A stretch of DNA of 64,000 nt, from NCBI RefSeq assembly GCF_009914755.1, contig NC_060941.1; one strand, given 5' to 3'. The notes beneath the pieces are model-generated. The model did no database searches. It was not told the DNA's origin and saw nothing but the letters and a program-made list of their open reading frames with translations. The position numbers and the translations under genes were made by a program. Within the stretch, counting starts at the first letter, position 1, and the number at the start of each line of letters is the position of its first letter. This document shows positions 31,791 through 47,995 of this stretch, one piece after another. Source of the DNA: the human T2T-CHM13v2.0 reference genome, Homo sapiens.

Positions 31791-32716
31791 CACAGCAAAC
31801 AGCCAGCAAGCACTGGGTGCTTTTCCTGTGCTGGGCCAGCACTTTGCAGGCATCGACTCAATTGAACCCTCACAACCACCACACATTGGTAAGAAAACCA
31901 CCCTGACAGTCCTGGGAAAATGCACAGTCTTAGTGCTCTGAAGGAAACAAAAAAGGACACATCAGTCATCAAAGAAAACAGAGAGATCCATCTGGAGTGC
32001 CTTGAATTGGCAAATGGTTTAATTTTCCTGTATAGGGACGCTGGCCTTGCTGGGGCACCATGGAGCGGGGCCCCGTGCTGGTGGGTTGTTCACTGGGACC
32101 ACCCTTCTGGAATGTGGGAAGGCGGCATGGCAGGACCCACCGAATGCCTTCAAAAGCCAGTGGTCCATGCCCCTGTCTCCTTCCTTAGAGTCTTCCAGAA
32201 AAGACTGGTCAGAGGTGCAGCACAGATGAACCTACAAAGCTTTTCATCAAAGCATCACTTACAATGGTGAAAAGGCAGAAGAATCACTGAATTCCACCAA
32301 GGTGGAGCAGCCGAGGAAATCGTGGGTAGAACACTAGGGAGTCACAAGAAACAACATATTTGAGGGGACATTTATAGCAGAGGAAAATGCTCATGATCTA
32401 ATGCTACACAAAAAGGGCAGGATACAAAATAAGGTGTATTGGAAGAAAGAGGGTGGCATGGTTGTCCATCCACTGCTTTCAGGGACTGGACTAAGTGACC
32501 TGGATCAGAGGGAGGGCAAGAGATCTGCTTCCTGCCTGAGCCCTGTGAACAGTTGAAATCACTCGTGTGTCTGCAGGAATCATTCTTATATTTGCTATTC
32601 TGTGGTAACTTCAAACCTACACAAAATTTGCGAGAATAAAAAACACCCTGCCACATACTCTTCACCTACATTCACCCATTGTTAACATTTTGTAGTATTT
32701 ATTTTCTCTCTCATTC

Positions 32717-33117
<401 letters not shown>

Positions 33118-36079
33118 TGAGGATGGCCCTGGGTCTGAGGGAGGGCATTGCACTCTGGCGTGTTTGGGACTGGGCTTTGGAGATGTAAACATGGAGCGTC
33201 CCTCAGGAACCCAGGGCAGGCGCCCCTGGGAAGAGGAATGGCTCCTTCTTTCCTCCCTCAGTCCCTTTCCTGAATGCCTATGTCACTTCTGGGCACACAG
33301 GGGCTCAGCTTGCAGGGAGCCACTCTCCAGGTGAGGCTAAGGTTTGGGGGCTCTCTCTGTGCTCCATCTGCTCCAGCACTCTCTCCTCAGATGGGCCTCC
33401 TCTGTTCTCTGCTTTGCTCTCCCTGCAAGGAGTCCAATCCTCGAAGGTGGGAGAGTCCAGAGAAGAAAAGAGCCAAATGGAGGAAGAGGACCCTGGGAAC
33501 CCTTGGGTGCCGCAGAGCTTGGGAGGTGACGCGTCTGGCCCAACTCTGCTCCTCTCTGCCGGTTCCCAAAGCCAGAAGTAGGCAGCTCCCTTATCCTGTC
33601 TTTTCAGAGGAAGTGTTGAGTCCAACAGGATGGGGTTCAAATCCCAGCTTCACCACTGATTCTGGACAAGTTTATTCTCCTTTCTTAGCCTCTGTTTCCT
33701 CATCTGGAAAGTGGGGCTGTCTGAGACTAAACCTGAGAAGGCACAGGAAGGGCTTCCCGTGGCTTCTGCAAAGAGCTCCACGAACACTCGCTCTCCTTCA
33801 TCTGAGCAGCAATCCTCGCTGGGCCTCAGGTGCAGGGGGTAGCGGGGAACAAAACACCATCCTTGTGCTTTTACAGCTTACAATCCAGTGATTCTCATCA
33901 TCAGTACATGTGGCCAAAGGCCCCTGGCTGACTTGTAGGCTGTGGGGTTGAATATGAGCCTCTGGGTGGTGTGGAAAATCCGGGAAACAGGTGGAAAGGG
34001 CAGCTATTCAAACCCTGCGAGGGTGCCGGGGCCATCAGGTTACACGTGGCAGCGCAGGTGAACTCAGGTCTTCTCACCTGGGGCTTGTCAGGTACTAGGG
34101 ACAGCAGGCACCCAGATTCCTCTAAGGAGCCACAGGGCTGGCCAGGCCTCGAGAAGAACAGTGTCAAAGTTCAGGGGACCCTTTCTTTCACCCCTTCAGG
34201 AGCTGATGTCCCTGCAGGGCCCCCACAAAGCACAGCCGAGTTTCTCCCACTTTCTCTTCATCTCTTTCTGCCTTCAGCTTCCTCTGTGGTGGCCTTTGTT
34301 TTTCCTGCCCATCTTTGGTGGCTCTCAAATGTCATCCCTGCTCCACAGAGAAAAGGGTGCTGAGTGGCCAACCATCCAGCATGAGGGTCCCCTGCAGCAG
34401 CTCGCTCAGGCCAGGGCCCTCCCAGGATGCTAGTCCTGTGAACGGATGGAGTCTCCTGCCTGCTTGGTCACCGTGACCCCGGTGGGGAGAGACAGTCAAG
34501 GAGCACAGGCAGGATTTGTGCAAAAGATCTGGCCCGTGGCTCCTTTCTCAGTAGGGGCTGTGGGCTTCCAACCTTCCCAAGATTCCCCATGCAGAGCCAG
34601 GGCCTAAGCCACGGACCCCTTGGTCATCCAGGCCCCTCCAAGGCCCTGGGCCCACCAAGACCTCTAGCCTTGAAGCACATGGTCCCCAGCTTATGTAAAA
34701 CTTGGCATGAGTGAGAAACTCAGCCTCAGTGGGTGAAGACTGCTGCCTCTTTCTGGCCTTTCCTCCAGCACACTTCGGGGAGGTGAGGGGGCTCCAGCTT
34801 GATCATCAGGGGGTGCTCAGGCACCTCCTTGCATAGGAAAGTTGTTTCTCACCACCCCAGCATGGGCTTGGCTTCCGGAAGCCCTTCCTCCTCCTAGGCT
34901 GACTCACCTGCTTGGCGCCAGGACATGGGAGATTCAGAGCCAGGGGTGGGGTCCTGCGGTTGTGGGCTGCGCGTAGATGGTGAAGGAGAATCAGAGTTGA
35001 AATGCATAGAGGCTCTCTAGGACACGGTGCAAATGTACTGGCAATCCACCCACCGATTCCAACACCTGACCAAGATCCCCGGATGCAGAGCAGGCAGGCT
35101 TTGCCTGTAGCCATGGAGAAACCAAAACCAGTGGGAGGTTCCCTTCCCATCTCTGCAAACGTGCTGTTCCCAGGAGCTCTGTCTACCTTGAATGCCCCAT
35201 TTCTAGCTCTAGGATTTGCATCTGAGAGTGGGATGTGTGTTTATGAAGGGAAGACCACAGAAAATAATCTTTTGGGAAAATAAATGAGCGTTCTTCCATG
35301 CTTGGCCTGCTTTGACAATGCAGATTTTCCTTTTACTTGGAGCTTACCTTCTCTAGGCTATTTTCAATATTTTCAGTGGATGTGAGTTTGTTCTTGGAGC
35401 CAGACTACCTGGCTTCAAAGCTGCTTGCCACTTCCTACCTGGGACCTAAGGCGAGCCGTGTAGCTCTAGGTCCCTCACCTGTGAAACGGGAAGAACCACG
35501 GTGCCCACATTGCATCATACACTTGCATATGCAGGCACATCCTACCTGCAAAAAAGCAAGGAGCAGGGTAAGGGGGCAGCTATCTTGATCATGTTCCCCA
35601 GAAGCAGACCCTGATTTGTATGGCAGTGACTGATGAAGGACGGCACCCAAGGAGAGCAGTAAGGGAACGGGGGTAGCAGACAGAGAGGGGAAAAGCCATG
35701 CAAGTCTGTGGCCCCAGGCAAAATCCTACAGAAGCAGGTCCCTCGGGGGACTGTGGAGTGGAGTCACATCTCTGTTTCCCAGCCTGAGCTAAGGATACAC
35801 ATGTCAGTCATTAGTGAAGGGCCATCCTGCGGCAGGGGGACACTTCCAGCTCTCTGCAGAAAGGACTAAGAGGCTCCAATAGCCTGATGACAGTCTCGCT
35901 GCAAAGAGTCATAGGTGTGGACAGTTGGAAACCAAGGCCATTCAGGCCAGGAAGGGGGTGCATGGGAAGGTGCGAGGGGTCACGCTTCTGTGACCTGCTG
36001 GTGGAGAGTGGACAGTAGCCACACAAGACAAAAGTGAGCGTTCTGAATTCAGAGACCAGAAATGGAGGCTTTCACAAAT

Positions 36080-36690
36080 ATGCATGCACCATGCTTTTTC
36101 ATGGGATAGTCTATCTGGAAGATCATTCCAGGCTGCAGTATGTAAAGCTACCTCATTCTTCTTTTTCACAGTTGCAGAGTTCACTGAGTGGCTACGTTAT
36201 TATGGAGCTCACCAACCTCTATTGATGGGTATTTAGATTGTTTCCAATCTTGCTATTACAAGAAAAACATGCCACAATAAATATCCTTGTACTAGGGCCA
36301 TCAGCACATTTGCAAGTGTCCCTGTACATTTCTAGGAGTAAGTTTTCAGATCAAAAGGCATGTGCATTAAAAAAAATGTTGATAGTGGCCTTACCAGTTT
36401 ATACTCCCACCAGTAATGTGTGAGAGAGCTTGTCTCCCACACCCACGGTGACACAGTGTTATCACAGTTTTGGATGATTGCCAATCTGATAGTTGAAAAA
36501 TAGTCTTGAACTCTAGTTTCCATTTGCACTTCTCTGATTATAAATAAGGCTAAACATTGTTTATAAGCTCCAGGACCATTTCTACTTCCTGTTCTGTGAA
36601 CTATCTGTTCATGTCCATACTTGTGGACGTTTTTTCTATTGAAGTTTTATTTGTCTTATTGATTGTTAGGAGCTCTTTATATATTAAGGA
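36080..36690 (-). mobile_element. L1ME fragment
   Basis: tattgatgggtatttagattgtttccaatc...atactcccaccagtaatgtgtgagag. Confidence 0.75.
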
Positions 36691-37490
36691 AATTTGGATC
36701 TTGAGTAGAGTGACTTGAGGATGAAAGCAGAGAGAATTCATTCATCCAAGGGCTTCCCGTTCGGCTACCTAAAACTCATATCCAAACCAGTCCTTTCCAG
36801 GATGTGGTTTTTTACTTCTTCTTTTGGTTTTGTGAGCTAACCTATAACCTCCCAGCACATTCCTTGCTTGCTTTGCCTTGGCTAGACTTAGCCAGAGCTG
36901 ATTTCAATGGTGTGAGGAGTCTTGATGTATCCACTCTCCCTTACCAGGTTGAGTCTGAGGGTCTGAGTTGATGTCGTCCCCATCTTCCAGCTGAGATTCC
37001 CTGCTTTTCTCTGTGGGTCCCTCAACTTCCAGGTCCAGGCAACTAGTGACCCTTCCTAGCCAGCTCGCTCAGGGGCGTTTGCAGCCTCCTCCGCCCTGTC
37101 CTCATGTCTAGGCCAGAGGTCCTGTTTTCTTCACTTGGAAGGTGATGTCGCTGATTGATTTAAGAGCTTGTTTGGGCTCTCAGCTCTGGGAGTGTAGGTA
37201 GTGGGTCTCCCTTGATAATTGTGTCCCAGAGCTTCAAAGGCCAGGGCCAGCAGGGCCCTTGGGGATTTTGGGGACCAATCACCACAGTGGACAGAGGAGA
37301 TGCGGTGCAGAGGGGGAGCTGTCCCAGGTCACACACTGTGTTGGGGGACACATGTGGGTCCAGGAGACCCTTTCTGAATCACTGTTGAGGGTTCGTTCTT
37401 TCTCTTGGCAAGCACTCCTCAATGGCTGGATTCCCCAGCTTACAGGCAGGGCTGTGCCATAGTGAGCACCAACTCCACATGCAAAGGCAA

Positions 37491-37636
37491 CCATAGCTGC
37501 CCTGTAGGCCAAGGACAGAGGAGCCTGTTTGGGGAAGTGGGGAGGTGGCTTGGAGAAGATGGCCTGGAAAGACTAGCTTGGGTTGGGGCATGGCAAGTGC
37601 AAAGGCCCTGAGGCAGGTGAGAATGAGCATTTTGAG
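37491..37636 (+). repeat. Local direct duplication (~150 bp; paralog 39240-39388)
   Basis: Exact 26-mer aaagactagcttgggttggggcatgg at 37568-37593 and 39320-39345 plus ggccaaggacagaggag in both. Confidence 0.85.
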
Positions 37637-39239
37637 CATGGAGGCCACAGGGAGAGGGTCCCACGGGCAGGGGTGTCGATCAGAGAGACCATCCTCCAAC
37701 CAAGACCATGTAACCAAGACCTGGCAGAAATGGAAACAATGGGCAAAGAGCCTTCTAGGCAGGGGAAGTGGCCCAGGGAAGGCCGTGCAGTTGGAAGGAG
37801 CCGAAGCGCTGCAATAAAGTGTGGCTCCAGACTGGCTGGGACAGAGAGAGTGAGCCAAAGCAGTCAGGCAGGATGGCTTGGACACAGGTGGGATCCTGCT
37901 CGTTGGTCTGACAGGCTTTTATTCTGAGTGTACCTGGGAACACTGTGGTGGCCATGGTGTTTCTAGCAGGCAGGCCGTGGCACTGGGTGAGAGATGTGAC
38001 TATGTGGGAGTGAGCACTCCTTCCATGGCCATGAAAAGGGCCTTAGAGATTGTGGCAGAAGCTTTCCCAGTACCCACACCCCAGGCCCGGCCACAAGGAT
38101 ATGGGCCGTGCTTCTGGCTGCCTGGGGCTTTCTCTGCGACACATTGCACCCCACGGGGAACCGCAGAACCAGCTCCATCACCATCAACCCAGAACTGCTG
38201 GCAGCCAATGCCCGTGAGAGTTGGGTTCAACACCCCAGCTGGCTGGCCGGGCTGGGGAGCCTCTGAGGTATGTTCTGCTCCCCCAGGGAGGGAGCTCCAT
38301 GTGCCCACAGCGCTCCCTGTCACCCCCTCCACCCCGCCAGGAAGGGATCCTCCCCCAGGGATGGAGGTTCAGGTGCCCAGAGTGCTCCCTGGCACAGCCT
38401 GCCTCGGCTCTTTCTCTTGCCTGCCTCACTTCCTGCCTCATTTCCTGACTCAGCAACTGGTGTTTTCTGGACCCCTCCACATACGCTCAGATCCTCCTCT
38501 CAGGTCGGGGGAGCCCACCATAGCCAGGGCTCTTCCCAGAGACATACATGTATCCCCACTCTCAGGCCCTAGCCACTCGATGTCACCTGATGTTCCTGAA
38601 CTATGACTCCCACAAAAGGTTGGGATCCATCCTTCCTGCTCACCGCTGAACCCCCAACTCCAGGCAGAGCCCCTGTGCATCGCAGACTCCTGGTAGGTGT
38701 TGTTGGAGGGATGGTGAGGTGGGCCCTGAAGGCCAGGGAGGCTGAGGAAGAGTCCCCAGGCCAGGGAGAGAGAGGCTCAGCCAGACCTCCTGGGCCAGGA
38801 GCCCTCAGACCTCCCGCAGGTGAGGGACACGCTGTTCTGAACAGAGGCTGAGTGAGTTCTGTCCACAGCAATCCTGTCGAACCTGTCTGGCCGGGTACAG
38901 AGCTTCAGGGCCCATATCCACGCTCAGGGGCAGGTGTCCTCAGGCGAGGACCATCAGGCAGCTTTCCCCCTCCAGGGCCCCTCCCTAGACAGGGCTCACA
39001 CCAGACTTGCCCAGGGCCACAGCCCAGGACAGAGTGTTTGGCCTGTCTAAGGCCCAATATAGATTCCAGAATTCATTCATGGTTGCTGAACATTCCAGTT
39101 CAGCTGGGGACATGGGACGGGCAGGAGGGGTCTGCTGCCTGATCTGATGGATCTTCCATCCTGGTGGGGCAGGGGGCAGATGAGAACCAAGTGGGCACAC
39201 AGGGAGATGGGAACTCAAGGCAGGGGGATGGTGGCAGCT

Positions 39240-39388
39240 CCATGGGCAGCTCTGAGGGCCAAGGACAGAGGAGGTTGTTTTGGGGGAGTGGGGAAGGTGG
39301 CTTGGAGGGGGCGGACTACAAAGACTAGCTTGGGTTGGGGCATGGTGAGTGCAAAGGTCCCGAGGCAGGAAAGAATGAGGATTTTGAG
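39240..39388 (+). repeat. Local direct duplication, second copy
   Basis: See 37491-37636; offset ~1750 bp. Confidence 0.85.
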
Positions 39389-40493
39389 GTCCTGAACAGA
39401 GGCTGGCAGTGGGGAGAAAGGACATGGCAGCGGGGGTGGGGAGCAGGCCTCAGGGCCAGGAAGCCATGGGGGCAACCAAGTGTGGTTCTGGGGGCATGGA
39501 GGAGCCAAGAGGAGAGGGTGAGGTGGAAGGTGGCCAGACTCGATTTGTGTTTTTAGCAGACTCTGCAGTCAGGACTTGGGATCTGGACCACAGGAAGGGA
39601 GAGCGACAGCTGGGATGTGACCATTTTCACTGCAAGGCACCTGGGAAGGGGAGAGGGCGTGAAGTGGCCCAGACGTGGCTTTCCATTGGTGACCTCGTGC
39701 CCCACTCTCCACTGCCCCTTTTCACTTAACACTTCAGGAAACAGGTTCAGAGAAGGGAAGGGAATGGCCCAAGGTCCCTTGGCCCAGAATTGTACCTAGA
39801 CAGGTGCACCTGGTCCCAGACTGCTCTCTTCTCACCACCCCACACTGCCCCCAATCTGTCAGGTAAGAAACTTTGGGTGGGAAGGGAGAAGGAAATTGAA
39901 CCAGGGAGGTGATTACTGCCTCTCACACACAACTGGGCAGCAGGCGAAAGGCCAGGCGGCCCAGCCCCCTATCCAGGGTCCCCAGAGCTTGTTATTGGTA
40001 TGTTGTGCTCACCTCCCTGTCCAGGAGTGAGAATTGGCTGTGTCTGACTCCTTGGGAAGGCTGTGTCCCCAGCCTGGGCCCTGTGGGTACTTAGTCATCT
40101 CGCACCCCAGAGTCACTCTGACCCCCGATGTGAACTGACCACTGAGCTTCAACAAATTAAGGGCCAAGTGCAGGAACAAAGTTGGATCCCACCCTCTTCT
40201 GCTTCCTCAAGCCACGGCCCGGAGTGATGAGCCACCTCCGCTCTGACCTCACCTCCTCCCAGCTCCCTGACTCCTTCGGCGGGGGGCCTGGCCAGCTTGT
40301 TCGGCCACTCTGGGCTCCAGGCTCTTCAACTGGAAAGAGATGCTTGTGGAGTTCCTCATGGCAAGTCTGGGCAAGCCAGCCTGACGGCCAGCCTGCGACT
40401 CCTTGTCCAGAACTCTGTCAACTCCACCAGTGCCTCTCACGGAAACCGCATGGCCACCAGCTTCAGGTGACAGGCCTCTTGCCTGGGTGATGA

Positions 40494-40930
<437 letters not shown>

Positions 40931-43219
40931 TAGTTTTACATTTTTAATGCATTGCCAACATTTGAACATGAGTAGCTTTCACACAGAAAGATGGCTCTTT
41001 GGCTCCTCTGAAACACTGGACGACCGGGTGCCCTGCAGGGCCACAGTGAGCCAGAGGTGGGGGACATGGGCTCCAGACAAATCCCATGCCGAGCAGACCA
41101 TGCCAGCCATCAACACCGCAGGCCTGGCCCTTGGGCATTGGAGTAATGGGTCTAGAATTTCCTTCACATTGTCAAAGGAGCCTGTGACCCAGAAATGGTA
41201 AGTAAGGTCCGATTCTCACCAACAAAGCAGGCATGACCTCAGACAAGTCCCTACCCTGCTCTGGGCCTCAGTTTCTCCTTTAGTGAGGAGGTGGGTGAGG
41301 GTCCTGTCCTCCTCCGGGAACTGGCGATTTGGGAAGGCAGAGACATTCCCAGAATCCGCCGGAGTCCTGAAAACACCCACGCCCTTTGTCCCAGCAATCC
41401 TGAGAAAGGCCACACTGATAAAGCTGTGGGTGGCCAGATGACAGCATTCTTGGGCCTCAGACGAAGTGGGAGGGGCCCACCCGCTTAGCTCCTCATAGCC
41501 CAGGGGAGCGGGGACAGTGCCTGCTGGGGCCGTGGGCAGCCCGGTGCCAGCCCCTACTGGCATTTCGATGATGCCACAAGTGCCGGGCCACAGCAGGGAG
41601 CCGCACAGTCATATTTTGCAAGGTTTCGAGGAAAGAATGCCAGTGTGGTAGGAGGGGAGACCAGTCCCCTCCCTCCCACCCCTCTGGGCTCCATCTGAAG
41701 CTGGTTCCTGAGAAGCACGATTGTGCCTTTTCACTGAAGGAGGGGCCCCCAGCTGTACTATGGACTTACTGACTTGTTTCCCAGCTCAGCCTGCCCCGGA
41801 GCAGAGCTAGGCAGGACCTTGGTGAAGAGGGTGCAGGGCTGGCCTGGCCTGGTCATGACACTGGGATAAGGAAGCCTGCTCTCCTCCCACCACTTCCAGC
41901 TCACAGGGGAATCTGAAACAGCCTCTCCTTTAGGGCTAGGGTTGCCTTTCAGCCACAGCGCCTATAAACCCATCACGGCACAGTGTTTGCCAGATAAGGC
42001 ATCATCTTGGGTGAAAAATGTAGATTTTTCATCCTACGCAAGTAGGATGAAATCCAAATGGACTTATGGAGACACAGACACCTTTGTTTCAACACCTGGC
42101 CACAAGGCCCCCCAAAAGCTTCTATAAACAAAAGGGCTGACAGACCTAGCTCATCCGGTAGGCCCAGATCTTCCTTGCCCGGGGTGCCATGCAGGCAACC
42201 CACCCCGGGCTAGGGCAGTGGAGGCTTGATGACCAGGTGAGCTTGGGAGTCCCTGGGCAGAGGCAGGTCTCAGTCCCAGGGCCTTGGGTCTGCTGCTGGG
42301 TGTGATGAGTTAATAAGGAGGGCATGGTGTGCAGAATGAGCTCGGGTCCTGGCCATGGGACATCTGGCCAGCACTGTGCCCCTTGGAGCCCATCTTTCCA
42401 TGGGATCATTAGAGTCCTTCTCTTGCAGCTGTTGGGAGAATGAAACACAAGGAAAGCCCAGGACCAGTACCGGGCACAGGGTCAGTGGCGACAGGTGAGA
42501 CCACTCCATGTCCCCAGACACATCTGTCCTCTGAGCCTTTCACCTTGGGCTTGCCACTGGACTATCTCTCAAGTAGAAGGGGCTATGGGCGCCCCTCCCT
42601 GGTGGTCAGCAGTGGGGTGACCACCTCCTAAGGCAGTGAGTTCCCCATCAATGCGCGTGGCGGTTACTGAAGTGGGGCTGGGGCTGGAGCTGAGCCTGCT
42701 GGCTGGGAGAGGGGAAGGCTGCAGTGGCTGGGGAGCCAGGTCCAACCCAGCAGCCTGGTGGCCCCTTCCCACTCTCAGGGAATATCCCACACCTTCCCTG
42801 AGCACTGCCTCTGGGCCAGGCCCTGCTGGGAAGGGAGCTGAGAATACCACAGACTGGTCCCCACCCTTGTGGGGCTCATAGGCTGAGGCTGCTAAGTAAC
42901 ATCCCTGTCCCTGTGACACTCGGAACAGGAAGTCAAGAAAGAAGGTTCAGGAATCCTTTGCTGTTTTCCTAATACCAGACCCATCTTTTTCTTTAGCATG
43001 TCAACAACTCCCCTCCCTTCTGCGCCTGGAGATTCCTCTTTCTCCTTCAATACATATTTTGAAATGATATTTATTAACATAAAAATTATAAAACCTTTCA
43101 AACATCCAGAAAAATATAAGGAAAAATACCAAATATCCATGTTCTCACCACTTGGATTTAACACATGTGAACATTTGCCATGCTTCAGATCCTCCTTTTA
43201 AAACAAAATTGTATGACAC

Positions 43220-44600
<1,381 letters not shown>

Positions 44601-46242
44601 GAGATAATTATTGCTCCTGTTGCTGTGGCTACTGATGCCATTTGGGGGATTCGTGGCAAGAAGGATGAACTGAGAGCGTCCGCGACATTGGGATCCAGGC
44701 TGGCAGCATCTTCCTGGCCGTCCGAGAGGGCTCTTTTCCCCGCCTGGGTGCCTGATCCTACCTACCCTATGCCCTGTGGCCCCCAGTGCTAAATTCCCGA
44801 AAAGCCTGGTAGGCCCTTGGTGCCACGAAGCCCCCGAGATCCCAAGTACAAAGCACAGGCAGAAACTGTAGGGGCAGGGGGAGCCACGGCAGGCCTCGGA
44901 GAGCTCGGGGAAGGCCACACAGCTCTGGGCTTCCGCCTGCTGTCCAGAGGCTATTAGTAAGGACAGAGCCTGGTGCCAGAGGTCAGGGCAGGTGGGAAGC
45001 AGGAGACCCTGAGGCACCCCATTCCTCGAGCAGGGCTCCAGCCAGGCTTGTTGGGAAGTACCTGACTCCATCCCCCATGCCCCACATGGGTAGGCCCCTC
45101 TCCCTTGGGTCAGGGCCAACCACATGGTCCTGCTGAAAGCCAGCCCCCTCCCTTCGGTGACCATGGCCTCCCGAGGGACTCAGGGTTGGGAGAGCAGCCA
45201 GGAGTATCTCCAAAAGCCAGGAGCTGACTGAATCCACAGCCAGACCACTTGCTCTCTGCAGAACCTTCCTGAGAAAGAACAGGGCTCCTGTCTAGCTGTC
45301 CCAGAGGGCAGCCGGGCCCACACCCCTGGCCAGGGGCATCCCCACCCCCTCTGATATATCACCCCACATGGCCCATGGCTGGCTCTGTTAAGGGGCACCC
45401 TCAAAAGCAGGCTCTGACATAGGGTTGGGGACAAGTTGTTTTGGGGGACATATGGTCCCAGGAAACACCAATAGAGGAGGGAGGAGGTAGACCTGAGGGA
45501 GGGAGGCCAAAGTGACCTATGTTAGTGAGTGGGGCCTTGCTGTGGGCCTGGCTCCCCTGGAGACCCTGCAGAGAGGCACAGCACCCTGTACTCTCCCTCC
45601 TGGAGCCCAGTAGTGGGTGTCACTCACTAACTCACAGCCCTTATTGCTCTGAGCTCCCGGGATTTCTGTCCCACCTCTCTGGAGGTGACAGGCACAGGAT
45701 CCCTGGGCTGGGCAGGGACTGTCTGTCAGGACCTCAGGAATACCCCAAGCACAGGCAGCAAAAGCATATGCTTCCCCCACAGAGGGGTCAGGCTTGGGTC
45801 CCCTGAAGCACTTCTAGCTGTGCAGCTGTGGGCAAGTCACAGTGAGCTGTTGCTGACAGCAAAGGCGCTAGAATGTCAGCTCCCTGAGCAAAGGGGCTGG
45901 GTCTGTTCTGTTTCCTGCTTTATACCCAGAGCCCAGCCCAGGGTCTGGCACACGCAGTGCTTGGCTAATATTTGTAGGTAAATGTCTCGTGGCTCATGGT
46001 GTAAATCTCACTATCAATCATTGGTACCAATTCATTGACACTTCCTATGTGCCAGGCACGGCGCTGGGTGCTTGGCACCTCATTTCTGCTCTGGATAATC
46101 CATTGTTGTTACAGTAGTAGGATCACCCCCAAACATACACATGATGAAACGGAAGCAGAGAAACCAAGGTCACCCAGCCAAAAGTAGCAGAGATTTAAGC
46201 CAGGTTCCAGAGCCTGCATTTCTTATTCATTAAAAAAAATTA

Positions 46243-46541
46243 GGCCGGGCACAGTGGCTCACACCTGTAAACCCAGCACTTTGGGAGGCCGAGGTGGGAG
46301 GGTCCCTTGAGGTCAGGCATTTGAGACCAGCCTGGCCAACATGGTGAAACCCCATCTCTACTAAAAGTACAAAACTTAGCCAGGTGTGGCAGCACACACC
46401 TGTAGTCCCAGCTACTCGGAAGCTGAGACATGAGAATCACTTGAACCAGGGAGACGGAGGTTGCAGTGAGCCGAGAGCCGAGATTGCGCTACTGCACTAA
46501 ACCTGGGCCACAGAACGAGGCTCCGTCTCAAAAAAAAAAAA
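46243..46541 (+). mobile_element. AluS
   Basis: Full dimer with A tail. Confidence 0.92.
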
Positions 46542-46824
46542 GAAGAGGAAATTATGTGTGGAATCAAAGAAAACAAGTCAAATACACACAAAGAACAAAA
46601 CAAGCCTAGAGATCTAATGTACAGCATGGGAACCACAGGTAAGAAAGTTGCACAGTGCATGGGATTCATGTTAAGTAGATTTTAGCTGTTCCTGCCACAA
46701 AAGCAAAACTACGGTTCACTGTTAATATCTCAGATGATGGATCTGTTCATTTGTTTCATTATAGTTATACTTTTACTATCTTTATATATAATATAGCTTT
46801 TATACCTTAAATATACACAATAAC

Positions 46825-47532
<708 letters not shown>

Positions 47533-47847
47533 TAAAGATCTTGAGCAAATTCTGGACCAGGCGTGTGGACGGGTAGGTGGAACTCAACCCTCATGCCCAG
47601 TTTTCTCAGCCCTACCCTATGGTTCCAGAGTGATGGCTGTGTGCACGATTCTGAAAGCTGTGTGCGGTGCTGCTCAGGAGCCAGGAGGACACTGGGCCAC
47701 ACTGGGTGTGAATCCTGGCCCCCCACTTCCTGGCTGTGTGAACGTGTGCCAGTTACCCAGATCTCAGTTTCCCCAACTACAAAGTGTGAGTAAGGATAAT
47801 ACTTCCTCCTCAGACAGTTGTTGTGAGGATCAAGATATGAGCTTAAA

Positions 47848-47995
47848 CCGGGTGTGGTGGCTCAGACCTGTAATCCCAGAACTTTAGGAGGCTGAGGCAG
47901 GAGGATCCCTTGAGTCTGGACGTTCCAAGATACTGTGAGCTATGATCACACCACTGCCCTCCAGCTTGGGTGACAGAACACGATCTCATCTCAAA
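47848..47995 (+). mobile_element. Alu monomer (FRAM-like)
   Basis: Single right-arm-like monomer. Confidence 0.75.
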
